A stretch of 64,000 bases of DNA from Bizionia hallyeonensis (lineage in GTDB: Bacteria > Bacteroidota > Bacteroidia > Flavobacteriales > Flavobacteriaceae), in NCBI RefSeq assembly GCF_042657385.1, contig NZ_JBHSLA010000001.1, positions 376,746-440,745 on the forward strand, written 5' to 3'. The notes beneath the pieces were generated by a model that did no database searches, had not been told where the DNA came from, and saw nothing but the letters and a program-made list of their open reading frames with translations. The position numbers and the translations under genes were made by a program. Of the stretch, positions 43,091 through 54,672 are shown piece by piece (position 1 is the stretch's first letter; each line of letters opens with the position of its first letter).

Positions 43091-43807
43091 TTATCTAAAC
43101 ACTTGGTTAAATATTTGCAGAGATTTTGGTTTTCTAAAATACCCCAAGTGTAACTCGTAATATTGCATAAGCATATTAAGGAAAGCTTGGCGTTGTTCTG
43201 CTTGTAATTTAACTGTATTTAAGGCATCAAAATTCATGCCTAACAACTCTTTTAATAAGATATTGTTTTCAGCTGAAACCGCATATATATGGGTTTTACT
43301 CGGTTCAAAATATCCCGATTGCAAATTAAAAACACCTGTTTCTACATGATCAGTATCTGGATAAAAACCCAAATATTTAGTGAGCTTTAAAAGAAATAAC
43401 AAATGAAAATTAGCATAATTGGGTTCAGAGTCCAACCATTGTAAAGCGGTTTCCAAATAATCGAAAAGTAGATTATTCTGTTCTTCCTCTTTTAACACAT
43501 TGGCTAATACTTCTGATAAAAATAACACGATACTACTCTTTATAACGTTGGTGTGGAGTGTGTTATAAATAAAACTCGATTTCACTTCTTTTATATAATG
43601 AAGCGACTGATTGGGCTTATAGATTTCTACAATTTCAATCTGCGACAATAACTGGTAATAGGCAATGGATCCAGAGCGTTTACTTTTAAACGCACCGCGG
43701 ATTAAATAACTAGACAAACCTCTGTGTTGCGTATAACAGTTGACTATTAAATCATTATCACGATATTTGATTTTTGATAGTACAATGGCTTTTTCTGATG
43801 CAGACAT
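43091..43807 (-). CDS. recO: DNA repair protein RecO
   Basis: 238 aa. N-terminal OB-fold MSASEKAIVLSKIKYRDNDLIVNCYTQHRGLSSYLIRG typical of RecO. Confidence 0.8.
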   Translation of the reverse strand: MSASEKAIVLSKIKYRDNDLIVNCYTQHRGLSSYLIRGAFKSKRSGSIAYYQLLSQIEIVEIYKPNQSLHYIKEVKSSFIYNTLHTNVIKSSIVLFLSEVLANVLKEEEQNNLLFDYLETALQWLDSEPNYANFHLLFLLKLTKYLGFYPDTDHVETGVFNLQSGYFEPSKTHIYAVSAENNILLKELLGMNFDALNTVKLQAEQRQAFLNMLMQYYELHLGYFRKPKSLQIFNQVFR

Positions 43808-46182
43808 TAGCGCACAACCATTACTTTAATAACCTTTGTTTCAAAGGTATCCAAATCGGAAAGCATTACTAGATAAACACCTGTTTTTACAACATTATTT
43901 GCTAGGTTATTACCATTCCAATACGCAATTCCACCATCAATTTCTAAATTGTAACCTTTGTATCTTGAGTTGGTTCTGGATTGGGCTTCAGCCACCAAAT
44001 TCCCTTCAATATCGGTAATTTTAATATTGACGTTTTCAGAAATATCTTTAATTTTTACTTTTTCTTCTGTGATATTAAATGTTGGTCGCACAGGATTTGG
44101 ATATACATAAGCATTTGCCAAGGTTTGTTGGGTTTCTGAACTACCAGAACCGAAGGATACCAGACCATTTCGAGTCGCAAAATACACATCACCATTTATC
44201 TCGTCTATTGAAATATCCGTAATGTCATTACTTGGTAACGGTGAATTATCTTTTGTAAAATGACGAATGGTATTTTGACCATCAGCTGAAAAATAAAAAA
44301 CCCCCGAACCAATGGCGGCAATCCATTTGTTATTAGCACCATCCACTTCAATATCGGATACAAACTGCTGATATAATAATTCTTTTGGGACACCATCTTC
44401 CAAAATGATAATATCTTGAACCTGCGGATTACTTTCCGAAAAGAAACTAGTAGTATTATATATAACACGTAAACCATTACTGGTTCCTATCCATACTTGA
44501 TTGTTTTTATCCATGGCTACAGATGTCACATAGGGTGTTGGCATGTTTTGACTGTCTTCCACTATGTTTTTAAATTCGCCGTTTCCACTTAAGTTTAACC
44601 CAATTATCCCAGCACTATAGGAACCAAAAAATACGTTCCCCGATCGATCAAAAACAATATCTGAAAACCCTAAATTACTAGTGGGTGAATTTATTATATT
44701 TGTTAGATCATATGATGTCCAGAAACCATCTTTAAATCTATTTAAAGGGCTTTCAACACGTCCGTTGGTAACCCACAAGGCACCTTCTCGATCGTAATCT
44801 GCAGTCAGTGTCAAACATAATTCGGCTGCAAAAGGGACAATGGTACTATTGTTTTCGTCGTATATACCCATAATTTCATTATTTTGAATATCCAATAATC
44901 CCGAATAATATGAGCTGATATAAACTTGTTCAGGATTAAAAGGGTTAATGGCTATATCAGATAAATAAAAAGGAATTTGTACAGCTGCTAAAATAGAATC
45001 GTAAGGCTTATTAATCCATTGTTCATTTTTATAATTACTTAAACCAGTTCTAGCAATGCCCCCAGCAAAACTAAAAGAAGCTGAAAAGCCTCCAAATGTG
45101 CACCAAAGATTACTGTTTTCAATTTCGACAGAAAAAACTGTGTTTAACAATGGTCCATCCGGATGGATTTCATTAAAATTTGTTAAATCGTTTAAATTAG
45201 TTTCTAAAATTCCAAAACCAGGTTTTCCTTGATTAAAAATATTTTTGGTCCCAATATAAAGTTGATTGTCATTAAAAATTGTAGCACATGAAAATTCAGT
45301 TGGATAGTCTGCAGTGGGATTTACTACAGCTATTTCACTAAATTCATTATCGTAAATGAACGCTTTATTCTTTTCAGTAACTAATAATTTATTATCTACG
45401 CTCGTCATATCATTTGGTAATGTATTATACCTAATTAAAACAGAAAACAGATTATCTTCACCAATCCTATATAGATAATGGTCATTTCTTATTGTGTACA
45501 AATTATTTTCAACTTCTTGAATAAACCGATAATTTCCTGCTCGAATCCTATTCCACTCCTGAAAATCAATTAAATCTGGACTTGATATTAAAGCCTTTCT
45601 AACACCTCCATTATCATAACATGCTGCGTAAATAAAATCATTGTAAACAGCGGTTTGGTTAACCTGTATTTGAGAACCACCGTCTCCTATAAAATAGGTG
45701 TCACCAAATTCCAAATTCTCTAAATCGTACACTGAAATACCATAATCCGTGGACACATATACGAGATTATTTACCACATTAAAATGATTAATTCTTTTCC
45801 TATCTGGCGGAATATTTTGCTTGTCTTTAATATCTACAATACTTAAAATATCAACATCATCTTCAAAAAATAGTTCCATTAATCCATTCTCAAAACCAAC
45901 AAGCACTAAACCATAAGCCTCACTGTAATAAATTGTGGTGATTAGCTCCCCAGATAACCCATTAATGGTAGTAATTTGTTCCATTTCTCGCGAAACAGTA
46001 TCAAAACTAAAGATGGCATTATCTGATGCGACATACATTTTAGTTTCACCTCTTGAAACACTCTGAATATTTAGAAATGAGAAATGCCCTTTCCAATCTG
46101 CTGAATAATCTTGGCTAAAAACCATATTAGACACTAGAAAAAGTGCTAAAATAAAAAATAGCTTGTTTTGAATTATCTTCAT
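43807..46182 (-). CDS. two-component-regulator-propeller (Reg_prop) beta-propeller protein with T9SS C-terminal domain. PorZ-like.
   Basis: Signal peptide. Reg_prop blade motifs NNQVWIGTSNGLRVI, NKWIAAIGSGVFYF and GDVYFATRNGLVSF. C-terminal sorting domain with the YVYPNPVRP signature. Its TAATG stop/start overlap with recO suggests an operon. Confidence 0.55.
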   Translation of the reverse strand: MKIIQNKLFFILALFLVSNMVFSQDYSADWKGHFSFLNIQSVSRGETKMYVASDNAIFSFDTVSREMEQITTINGLSGELITTIYYSEAYGLVLVGFENGLMELFFEDDVDILSIVDIKDKQNIPPDRKRINHFNVVNNLVYVSTDYGISVYDLENLEFGDTYFIGDGGSQIQVNQTAVYNDFIYAACYDNGGVRKALISSPDLIDFQEWNRIRAGNYRFIQEVENNLYTIRNDHYLYRIGEDNLFSVLIRYNTLPNDMTSVDNKLLVTEKNKAFIYDNEFSEIAVVNPTADYPTEFSCATIFNDNQLYIGTKNIFNQGKPGFGILETNLNDLTNFNEIHPDGPLLNTVFSVEIENSNLWCTFGGFSASFSFAGGIARTGLSNYKNEQWINKPYDSILAAVQIPFYLSDIAINPFNPEQVYISSYYSGLLDIQNNEIMGIYDENNSTIVPFAAELCLTLTADYDREGALWVTNGRVESPLNRFKDGFWTSYDLTNIINSPTSNLGFSDIVFDRSGNVFFGSYSAGIIGLNLSGNGEFKNIVEDSQNMPTPYVTSVAMDKNNQVWIGTSNGLRVIYNTTSFFSESNPQVQDIIILEDGVPKELLYQQFVSDIEVDGANNKWIAAIGSGVFYFSADGQNTIRHFTKDNSPLPSNDITDISIDEINGDVYFATRNGLVSFGSGSSETQQTLANAYVYPNPVRPTFNITEEKVKIKDISENVNIKITDIEGNLVAEAQSRTNSRYKGYNLEIDGGIAYWNGNNLANNVVKTGVYLVMLSDLDTFETKVIKVMVVR

Positions 46183-46270
46183 TAAAGTTCGGTGTTTTTT
46201 AAAGCGTATAGTTTAAACCAAAAATACTATATTTTATTGTATTTTTGGTTTTATTAACTAGGCTTATTTA

Positions 46271-47695
46271 ATGTTATTTAGCAGTCCTATATTTTTATTT
46301 TTATTTCTTCCGCTTGTATTGTTTGTCTATTTTTTAACACCTAAAAAATTTAAAAACTTTACACTTTTAGCTTTTAGCCTTGTTTTTTATACGTGGGGAG
46401 AAAAAGAATTAGTCCTGCTAATCCTACTATCAGCGGCTGTAGATTACATTAGCGGTTTAATTATCAGCAAAGGAAAAAGGAAACTTGGTTTATATATTTC
46501 TATTACATTTAATATATCCATTCTACTCTATTTTAAGTATGCCAATTTTATTTCCAGTAACCTAATTAGCCTTTTAGAAGGTTTTAATATGAGTCCAGAG
46601 GGTGCTTTAAATTTCTCCAATATTGCGCTGCCAATAGGTATTAGTTTTTACACCTTCCAAACCATGTCTTATACCATTGATGTCTATCGCGGTCAGGTAA
46701 AAGCATGTAAAAATTTTATTGATTTCGCAACTTATGTCACTTTATTTCCACAACTCATTGCTGGTCCAATTGTAAGGTATGCTGTAATTGAAAAAGAGTT
46801 AAAAAGTAGAACGGTAACCACATCGCTTTTCTATGAAGGCGCAGAACGTTTTATAATTGGTCTTTCTAAAAAAATGATTATCGCCAATAATTGTGCGGTT
46901 TTGGCAGACGCCATTTTTAATTTACCACCATCTGAATCTTCTATGCTTATTGCTTGGCTGGGAACTATAGTTTATAGTTTTCAAATTTATTTCGATTTTT
47001 CAGGATATTCTGATATGGCAATAGGATTAGGCAAAATGTTTGGTTTTAATTTTCCCGAAAACTTTAATTACCCCTATATTTCGAAATCCATCAGAGAATT
47101 TTGGAGACGTTGGCATATAACACTTTCAAATTGGTTTAAAGATTATTTATATATTTCCCTTGGAGGAAGTCGAGAAGGCAAATGGCGCACCTACACCAAT
47201 TTAATTATTGTATTCTTTGTTACAGGCTTATGGCATGGTGCTAATTGGACTTTTATATTTTGGGGACTTTTCCATGGTTTATTTATCATCATTGAATGGA
47301 ATTTTAAAGACACGGATTCAAAGCGCCCGGCGTTTTTATCGCATTTATATTTTCTTTTCGTTTTAAATATTTCTTGGGTGTTTTTTAGAAACGACACCAT
47401 GACTGATGCGTTCCATTATTTGATGACCATGTTCAATTTCTCACTTGAAACCAATACAGCTTTTTTAAGCTTTTATTTAACCAAAGAAATGTTAATTGTA
47501 CTATTTGCCGCACTTTTACTATCCACACCAATTTATAAAAAGATAGTTTCTGGTGTTTTTAACTCCAACCTAACATCGGGCACTAAAAACATGTTTTTAC
47601 CATTAAAATTAATTGGTCTTTTTATTCTCTTATTTATATGTTTCACTTACATAGCAACCGATTCTTATAACCCGTTTATATATTTCCGCTTTTAA
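46271..47695 (+). CDS. MBOAT-family membrane O-acyltransferase (AlgI/DltB-like)
   Basis: FYTFQTMSYTIDVYRG, WRRWHITLSNWFKDYLYISLGGSR and a conserved His in ...GLWHGANW. 474 aa, multi-TM. Confidence 0.9.
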   Translation: MLFSSPIFLFLFLPLVLFVYFLTPKKFKNFTLLAFSLVFYTWGEKELVLLILLSAAVDYISGLIISKGKRKLGLYISITFNISILLYFKYANFISSNLISLLEGFNMSPEGALNFSNIALPIGISFYTFQTMSYTIDVYRGQVKACKNFIDFATYVTLFPQLIAGPIVRYAVIEKELKSRTVTTSLFYEGAERFIIGLSKKMIIANNCAVLADAIFNLPPSESSMLIAWLGTIVYSFQIYFDFSGYSDMAIGLGKMFGFNFPENFNYPYISKSIREFWRRWHITLSNWFKDYLYISLGGSREGKWRTYTNLIIVFFVTGLWHGANWTFIFWGLFHGLFIIIEWNFKDTDSKRPAFLSHLYFLFVLNISWVFFRNDTMTDAFHYLMTMFNFSLETNTAFLSFYLTKEMLIVLFAALLLSTPIYKKIVSGVFNSNLTSGTKNMFLPLKLIGLFILLFICFTYIATDSYNPFIYFRF

Positions 47696-48759
47696 TGAAA
47701 AACAAACAAAACATATTACATTGGCTTTTTATTATCATTTTTATAATGATGATAGTAGCACCTAATGTGGTTATGTTTTTCAAATTGGAAACAACGGAAA
47801 ATAATGAAAATAGAGCTTTTCAAGAAGTACCAAATTTTGATTTAAACCAACCAATCCATTCCCTTACTGAATTTAAAAATTACTACACAGAAAACTTCGG
47901 ATTAAAAACCACATTGGTAAACAACTATATTGATTTTAAATCTCATACGCTTCAAGAAACTCCTATGCCAAATAAAGTGGTAAAAGGTTTAAATGGCTGG
48001 TATTTTTTAGGAAACAGCTATAACAATTCACTTAATAATGCCTTTGGAAACAATACTTTTAATACAGAAGAACTCCAAGAAATTAGTAGAAGAATTTTAG
48101 AACTTAAAACCTATTTAAACAACCATAATATTGCATTTTATATCGTTGTGCCACCTAATAAAAACACGGTTTACAGGGAACAATTACCATACCAATTTAA
48201 GGTCTATGAATCCAATTTAAGTGTCTTAAAAAATTATTTAAAAGCACAAATAAATTTCGAAATCATAGATTTAACTAGGTCAATGATAGCCGAGAAAAAC
48301 ACCAATCAATTATACTTAAAAACAGATTCCCACTGGAATGAATTTGGTGCATTTATTGGTTATCAAGAAACCATGAAGACTATAAATAAAGATTATGCGA
48401 TTCCAACTGTTACCCTAGAAGATTATAACATTCAAGTTAAGCCCGTTAAGCAAGGTGATATTATAAAAATGATTAATCTGAATATAGAAGAAACTGCGCC
48501 AACACTTACAAAAAAAGCATCATCAATTAATGCTGCTAAAAACAACCATGCTAACCCGAAGCTTTTTATGCATTATGATTCATTCTCTTATAATTGGATG
48601 CCCTATTTTAATGAAAGTTTTCACGCTATTAATTATGTGAAAAATTACACTGTAAATAAAAAACAGATTGAAGAAGAAAAACCTGATATCGTAATTTTCG
48701 AAATTGTTGAACGAAATATAGATGTTCTGTTTAAGAAAAAAAGCCTCCTAGAAAACTAG
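47695..48759 (+). CDS. AlgJ/AlgX-like SGNH-type partner of the MBOAT acyltransferase
   Basis: N-terminal TM anchor. KTDSHWNEFGAFIGYQ contains the D-x-H-W motif of AlgJ/AlgX-type proteins. Start overlaps the MBOAT stop by 1 nt. Confidence 0.5.
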   Translation: MKNKQNILHWLFIIIFIMMIVAPNVVMFFKLETTENNENRAFQEVPNFDLNQPIHSLTEFKNYYTENFGLKTTLVNNYIDFKSHTLQETPMPNKVVKGLNGWYFLGNSYNNSLNNAFGNNTFNTEELQEISRRILELKTYLNNHNIAFYIVVPPNKNTVYREQLPYQFKVYESNLSVLKNYLKAQINFEIIDLTRSMIAEKNTNQLYLKTDSHWNEFGAFIGYQETMKTINKDYAIPTVTLEDYNIQVKPVKQGDIIKMINLNIEETAPTLTKKASSINAAKNNHANPKLFMHYDSFSYNWMPYFNESFHAINYVKNYTVNKKQIEEEKPDIVIFEIVERNIDVLFKKKSLLEN

Positions 48760-48762
48760 GAG
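48736..48762 (-). terminator. rho-independent terminator of gdhA (minus strand), overlapping the 3' end of the AlgJ-like gene
   Basis: On the minus strand: CTCCTAG-tttt-CTAGGAG followed by GCTTTTTTT. Confidence 0.55.
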
Positions 48763-48790
48763 ACCCTTTATATCCAAGTGTTTCATTAAT

Positions 48791-50134
<1,344 letters not shown>

Positions 50135-50328
50135 TTATGTTTTACTTTAAAAAATTTTATAATAATTAGTTATATAGCTACAAATATACATTATCTTTAA
50201 AAAACATCGTTTATTTTTTTATTATTCATAATTGTAACATCTTTAAAATAATTTGTTTTTTTAAGAGTTAATTACATACATTTATACTCGTAATTGCGAA
50301 ATAAATTTGGGTAGTTACGTCTATTTTA

Positions 50329-50336
50329 TATATTTG
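50329..50336 (+). promoter_or_regulatory. Bacteroidota-type -7 box TATATTTG upstream of the 50372 gene
   Basis: TATATTTG lies about 36 nt upstream of the ATG at 50372, in a 237-bp AT-rich divergent intergenic region. Confidence 0.3.
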
Positions 50337-50371
50337 TTAGTAATTTGCTCTAAACACATGAGAATCAGACT

Positions 50372-51172
50372 ATGCTCAAATTGAAACTATTACCTGTTTT
50401 TATACTCCTGTTTGCTGGTTTGCATTCCGGATATTCGCAATTAGGATTTTCACATGAAATAGGTGCCATTGTTGGACCTGTTCAGTTTAGATCGGATTTT
50501 GGTGTTCGTAATCATGAAGGCACCAACTACGGAAACTCCGGTTTTGGTATTGGTATTGTTCACTATATAAATTTTGCCTACAGAGCAGATTGTAACTGTT
50601 ATTCTACAGACACTTATTTTAATGATCACTTTAAATTACGAAGTGAAATATCTTTCAATAAAACAAAATTAGATCACCATGGCCAATGGGCAGAAGGTAG
50701 TGGCGAAAATGCAGAAAAACTACGAAGACATACTGGTGAAGCAAATAATTTTGACATTGGTATGCAACTGGAATATTTCCCGTTGAGCATTAGAGAATTT
50801 CAATCTTTTAGTTACCGATTAGCGCCATTTATAAGTCTTGGTGCTCACTATACCTCGTATAACCCTAAAGCCTATACTACATATGTTGATCCCGCCACTG
50901 GCATAGCAGATAACAATATTCTTAATGCTAATAATTTTTGGGACGCTTGGGAGCCAGGCTCTATCAATCCCTCTTCAGGAAGTGCTTGGTCCATGGTAAC
51001 GAGTGTTGGTGTGCGTTACAAATTAACCACATTATCAGATTTAATGCTAGATTTACGACTACAAACGTATTTTAGTGACTGGATAGATGGTTTAAATCAC
51101 CAATTAGAATCCAATAAAAACAACGATTATTTGCTTTGGCTTAACGTTGGATACATTTATTATTTAGATTAA
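50372..51172 (+). CDS. hypothetical secreted/outer-membrane protein
   Basis: Signal peptide (MLKLKLLPVFILLFAGLHSGYSQ). Beta-strand-rich. C-terminal ...GYIYYLD. No motif recognised. Confidence 0.4.
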   Translation: MLKLKLLPVFILLFAGLHSGYSQLGFSHEIGAIVGPVQFRSDFGVRNHEGTNYGNSGFGIGIVHYINFAYRADCNCYSTDTYFNDHFKLRSEISFNKTKLDHHGQWAEGSGENAEKLRRHTGEANNFDIGMQLEYFPLSIREFQSFSYRLAPFISLGAHYTSYNPKAYTTYVDPATGIADNNILNANNFWDAWEPGSINPSSGSAWSMVTSVGVRYKLTTLSDLMLDLRLQTYFSDWIDGLNHQLESNKNNDYLLWLNVGYIYYLD

Positions 51173-51339
51173 AAAAGAAACCTTCCACCGTCTAAAAAAG
51201 CTACCTAAAAGTGTCCAGGTATAGCTAAACGCTATCAAAGTTTTTAAATTTTGAAACCCTAATATTTCAACTGCGCTTAATGTGACATTTAAAGTAAAAT
51301 TTGACATTTTAGATAGCCACTTTCTTTTCTTCTGATTCG

Positions 51340-52479
51340 TTAACCGATAGCCTGTTTTAAATCGGCAATTAAATCGTCTATATCTTCAATCCCAACACTC
51401 AACCTTATTAAGGAGTCTACAACGCCTGTTTTTTCACGTTCTTCTTTCGGAACACTCGCATGGGTCATACTAGCCGGGTGTCCAGCCAAGGATTCCACAC
51501 CACCTAAAGATTCCGCTAAAGTGAAAATTTTCAACTTTTCCACAATTTTTATAGCGTCTTCATAATTATTCCCTTTCGTGGTAAATGAAATCATAGCGCC
51601 AAAATCTTTCATTTGTGTTTTGGCAATCACATGGTTTGGATGATTTTCAAATCCTGGCCAATACACGTTTTCTATTTTAGCATGTGTGCTTAAATATTCA
51701 GCAACCGCACGACCATTTTCACAATGACGTTGCATTCTAATATGCAATGTTTTGATACCTCTTAAAACTAAAAAACTATCCTGCGGACCACAAACAGCAC
51801 CACTGGCATTTTGAATAAAGTATAATTTATCAGCAAGTTCTTTATCTTTTACAGCCAAAACACCCAATACCACATCACTATGACCACCCAAATATTTGGT
51901 TGCAGAATGCATAACAATGTCAGCTCCTAATTCCAATGGCTGCTGTAAATAAGGTGTAGCAAAGGTATTATCTACTGCTAATAACAAATTATGCTTTTTG
52001 GAAATTGCAGCACACGCCTTAATATCAATAATATTCATCATTGGGTTGGTTGGTGTTTCTAACCAAAGCAGTTTTGTGTTGGCATTCACATAGTTTTCAA
52101 TTGTATTGGCATTTTTCATATCAACAAAATGAAAAGTAATACCGAATTTCTTAAATATAGATGTAAACAATCGATATGACCCACCATATAAATCGTTTGA
52201 AGAAATAACCTCATCACCCGGCTCCAACAACTTGATTACGGCATCAATTGCTGCCAATCCCGAACCAAAAGCCATTCCGTAATTACCATTCTCAATACTA
52301 GCAACGGCGTTTTCTAATGCACTCCGGGTTGGGTTCTTACTGCGTGAATATTCAAATCCTTTATGTCCTCCAGGCGTGCTTTGTGCATACGTTGTTGTTT
52401 GATAGATTGGTGGCATCACGGCACCATAAGCTGGGTCCAGTTTTTGCCCACCGTGAATTGTTTTGGTATTGAATTTCAT
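51340..52479 (-). CDS. PLP-dependent trans-sulfuration enzyme (cystathionine gamma-synthase/beta-lyase family)
   Basis: MKFNTKTIHGGQ...PPIYQTTTYAQ N-terminus and the PLP-lysine region HSATKYLGGHSDVV. 379 aa. Confidence 0.85.
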   Translation of the reverse strand: MKFNTKTIHGGQKLDPAYGAVMPPIYQTTTYAQSTPGGHKGFEYSRSKNPTRSALENAVASIENGNYGMAFGSGLAAIDAVIKLLEPGDEVISSNDLYGGSYRLFTSIFKKFGITFHFVDMKNANTIENYVNANTKLLWLETPTNPMMNIIDIKACAAISKKHNLLLAVDNTFATPYLQQPLELGADIVMHSATKYLGGHSDVVLGVLAVKDKELADKLYFIQNASGAVCGPQDSFLVLRGIKTLHIRMQRHCENGRAVAEYLSTHAKIENVYWPGFENHPNHVIAKTQMKDFGAMISFTTKGNNYEDAIKIVEKLKIFTLAESLGGVESLAGHPASMTHASVPKEEREKTGVVDSLIRLSVGIEDIDDLIADLKQAIG

Positions 52480-52619
52480 CTTTTATAGTGTTCATTGCAA
52501 AGTTTTATTAAATATAAAACTTCATGTATGATTAAATAATATTTTCATAAAGTTAGGGTTTAATTCGGTGTATTCAAATGCAATAATTATCTTTAATAAT
52601 TAATTAACGCACTATCTTT

Positions 52620-53333
52620 ATGCAACGCTCAATTGTACTCTTATCTCTTATTTTTCTTATTTTTTCGTGTGAAGATGAAGAAACAAAAATCACATTTTCA
52701 GAAAAAAACTTTACCACCAATCAAAACAAGATTGTTGAAATAAATATACCTCAAGCAGAAGGCGTTGAAACTGTAAAAAACAACATCAATGCATCTATAG
52801 AAGCTATGATTAGTGCAAGTTTAAATTTGGATGAAGATTCGGTTGCAAAAAATATGTCCATTTCAGAAAGCATCGACAAATTTAATTCAGAATACGCAAG
52901 TTTTAAATCTGAATTTCCTGAAAGTGCTTTAGAATGGGAAGCACAAATTGATGGTGAAATTATGTATCAATCTGAAGCCGTTATTTCTGTTGTTATTACC
53001 AATTATCTCAATACAGGAGGTGCTCATGGCAGCTTGGTTGTTTCGTTTTTAAATTTTGATGCCTTAACAGGTCAATCACTTAAAAACGAACAATTATTTA
53101 ACGATATGAATGCCTTTAAAACAGTGGCAGAGGATTATTTTAACGATCAAATAGCGGACAAAAAAGAACTCTATTTTGAACCTGATAACTTTGTCCTCCC
53201 TCAAAATATAGGCTTTAATGATACCGGCGTTATTCTACTTTACAACAGTTATGAAGTAGCGCCATATTCCACAGGTTTAACCGAATTCACCATTCCTTTT
53301 GATGATTTAGTACCATATTTAAATTTTATGTAA
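52620..53333 (+). CDS. DUF3298/DUF4163 (RsiV-like) domain lipoprotein
   Basis: Lipobox IFSCEDE. C-terminal YNSYEVAPYSTGLTEFTIPF is typical of DUF3298. Confidence 0.6.
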   Translation: MQRSIVLLSLIFLIFSCEDEETKITFSEKNFTTNQNKIVEINIPQAEGVETVKNNINASIEAMISASLNLDEDSVAKNMSISESIDKFNSEYASFKSEFPESALEWEAQIDGEIMYQSEAVISVVITNYLNTGGAHGSLVVSFLNFDALTGQSLKNEQLFNDMNAFKTVAEDYFNDQIADKKELYFEPDNFVLPQNIGFNDTGVILLYNSYEVAPYSTGLTEFTIPFDDLVPYLNFM

Positions 53334-53449
53334 TAAAAGGCTAGATTCACTTTCACCTTTACACCCAAACAAAGCGACTGGCTATAATCTTGTTTTTTTC
53401 TATAAATGGGATTACTTTGTGCCGTATTCTTAAAACAGCCTTTATATTT

Positions 53450-53803
53450 ATGAAAAAAGTTTACTTTCTAAAAACCTGCAATACCTGTACACGTATAATT
53501 AATAGCATCAATTGGCCTTCTGGCTTTGAGTTTCAAGATATAAAACAGGACGCTATAACGGTTAAACAGCTTGAAGCCATGCAGAAACTATCTGGTAGTT
53601 ATGAAGCACTTTTTAGCAAGCGTGCAAAACTGTATAGCGAAATGGATTTAAAAAATGCTAACGTAACCGAAGCTGATTATAAACAATATATTCTAGAACA
53701 CTATACCTTTTTAAGCCGACCAGTTGTTATTTTTAATGATCAGATTTTTATAGGGAATTCCAAAAAGACAATAGAAAATTTAAAGGCAGCTTTAATTGAA
53801 TAA
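53450..53803 (+). CDS. ArsC/Spx/YffB-family thioredoxin-fold protein. Start moved to MKKVYFLKTC.
   Basis: MKKVYFLKTCNTCTRI (CxxC-type N-terminus of the ArsC family). About 117 aa. Confidence 0.65.
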   Translation: MKKVYFLKTCNTCTRIINSINWPSGFEFQDIKQDAITVKQLEAMQKLSGSYEALFSKRAKLYSEMDLKNANVTEADYKQYILEHYTFLSRPVVIFNDQIFIGNSKKTIENLKAALIE

Positions 53804-54076
53804 TACACGGGTTATTGCGCTTATTGCCGTTTTCTTGATTCAGGTTATTTATGGTTTTAACTTCACCTTTACAAAATGATGTCCTAGATGCAGACCATAT
53901 AAAACCCAATTTTCCCTGCACCATTTAAAGGCATCTGTAGTTAGTTTTTGTATACGCAACCTATTATTGCTTACAATTTCGCCATATTAATAGGCAGTAA
54001 CACCATGAATGTGGTAAAACTTGTAGCTGCAGGATTTATAATTACTAGTGTTTATTTAGTAACTAAAAAACCAAAA

Positions 54077-54556
54077 TTAAATATTTAAATGCACGGGCTT
54101 TTTGCTTCCTACGCGTGTGTCTTCTTTTGTTAAATACTTGAAATTTTTTGTCTTCGGAAACGTCTCGGCTTGCTCTAATAACTCCGCAGGTAAATCGACT
54201 AATTTTCGTGTTTTTAAATCCATCCAAGCACCAAGCATTTCACAATGTGCTATATTTTCGCCTTTATGGTTGTAGAAATTATGGTCGAATTTAAAAAACA
54301 TACCAGCTTCACTCAATCCAGAAACTTCCAAACTTACCGTTAATGGTTTTCCCATAAACACTTCTTTAAAATAATACATGTGTTCATAAAAAACCACTGG
54401 ACCAATATTAAAATGTGCAAGCTCCTTCATAGAAAACCCTTTTTCAATTAAAAAAGCCATTCGCGTGTGACTCATAAAATTGGTATATGCACTATTTGCT
54501 AAATGTCTGTTGGCATCCACATCGCTCCAACGAATTTCGAATTGTTTGGTATACAT
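54077..54556 (-). CDS. acyl-CoA thioesterase (hotdog fold, YbgC/4HBT-like)
   Basis: MYTKQFEIRWSDVDANRHLANSAYTNFM, the catalytic Asp region of 4HBT thioesterases. 159 aa. Confidence 0.8.
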   Translation of the reverse strand: MYTKQFEIRWSDVDANRHLANSAYTNFMSHTRMAFLIEKGFSMKELAHFNIGPVVFYEHMYYFKEVFMGKPLTVSLEVSGLSEAGMFFKFDHNFYNHKGENIAHCEMLGAWMDLKTRKLVDLPAELLEQAETFPKTKNFKYLTKEDTRVGSKKPVHLNI

Positions 54557-54672
54557 TTTTATAAAAAAATTAGTTACAAAATTACATAAATCTACTTGCT
54601 ACGCATAATATTCGCTCACAGTTTTCTAAACCTTCAGTTTTAATTACCTTTGTGCAACTTTATTTAAGAATT

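Noticed and set aside
41331-44477. ORFs 41331..41519, 43836..44018, 44205..44477 inside the TBDR and PorZ-like genes
   Set aside because: Antisense or out-of-frame within supported CDSs.
47191-47400. 69-aa minus ORF inside the MBOAT gene
   Set aside because: Antisense to the conserved MBOAT His region.
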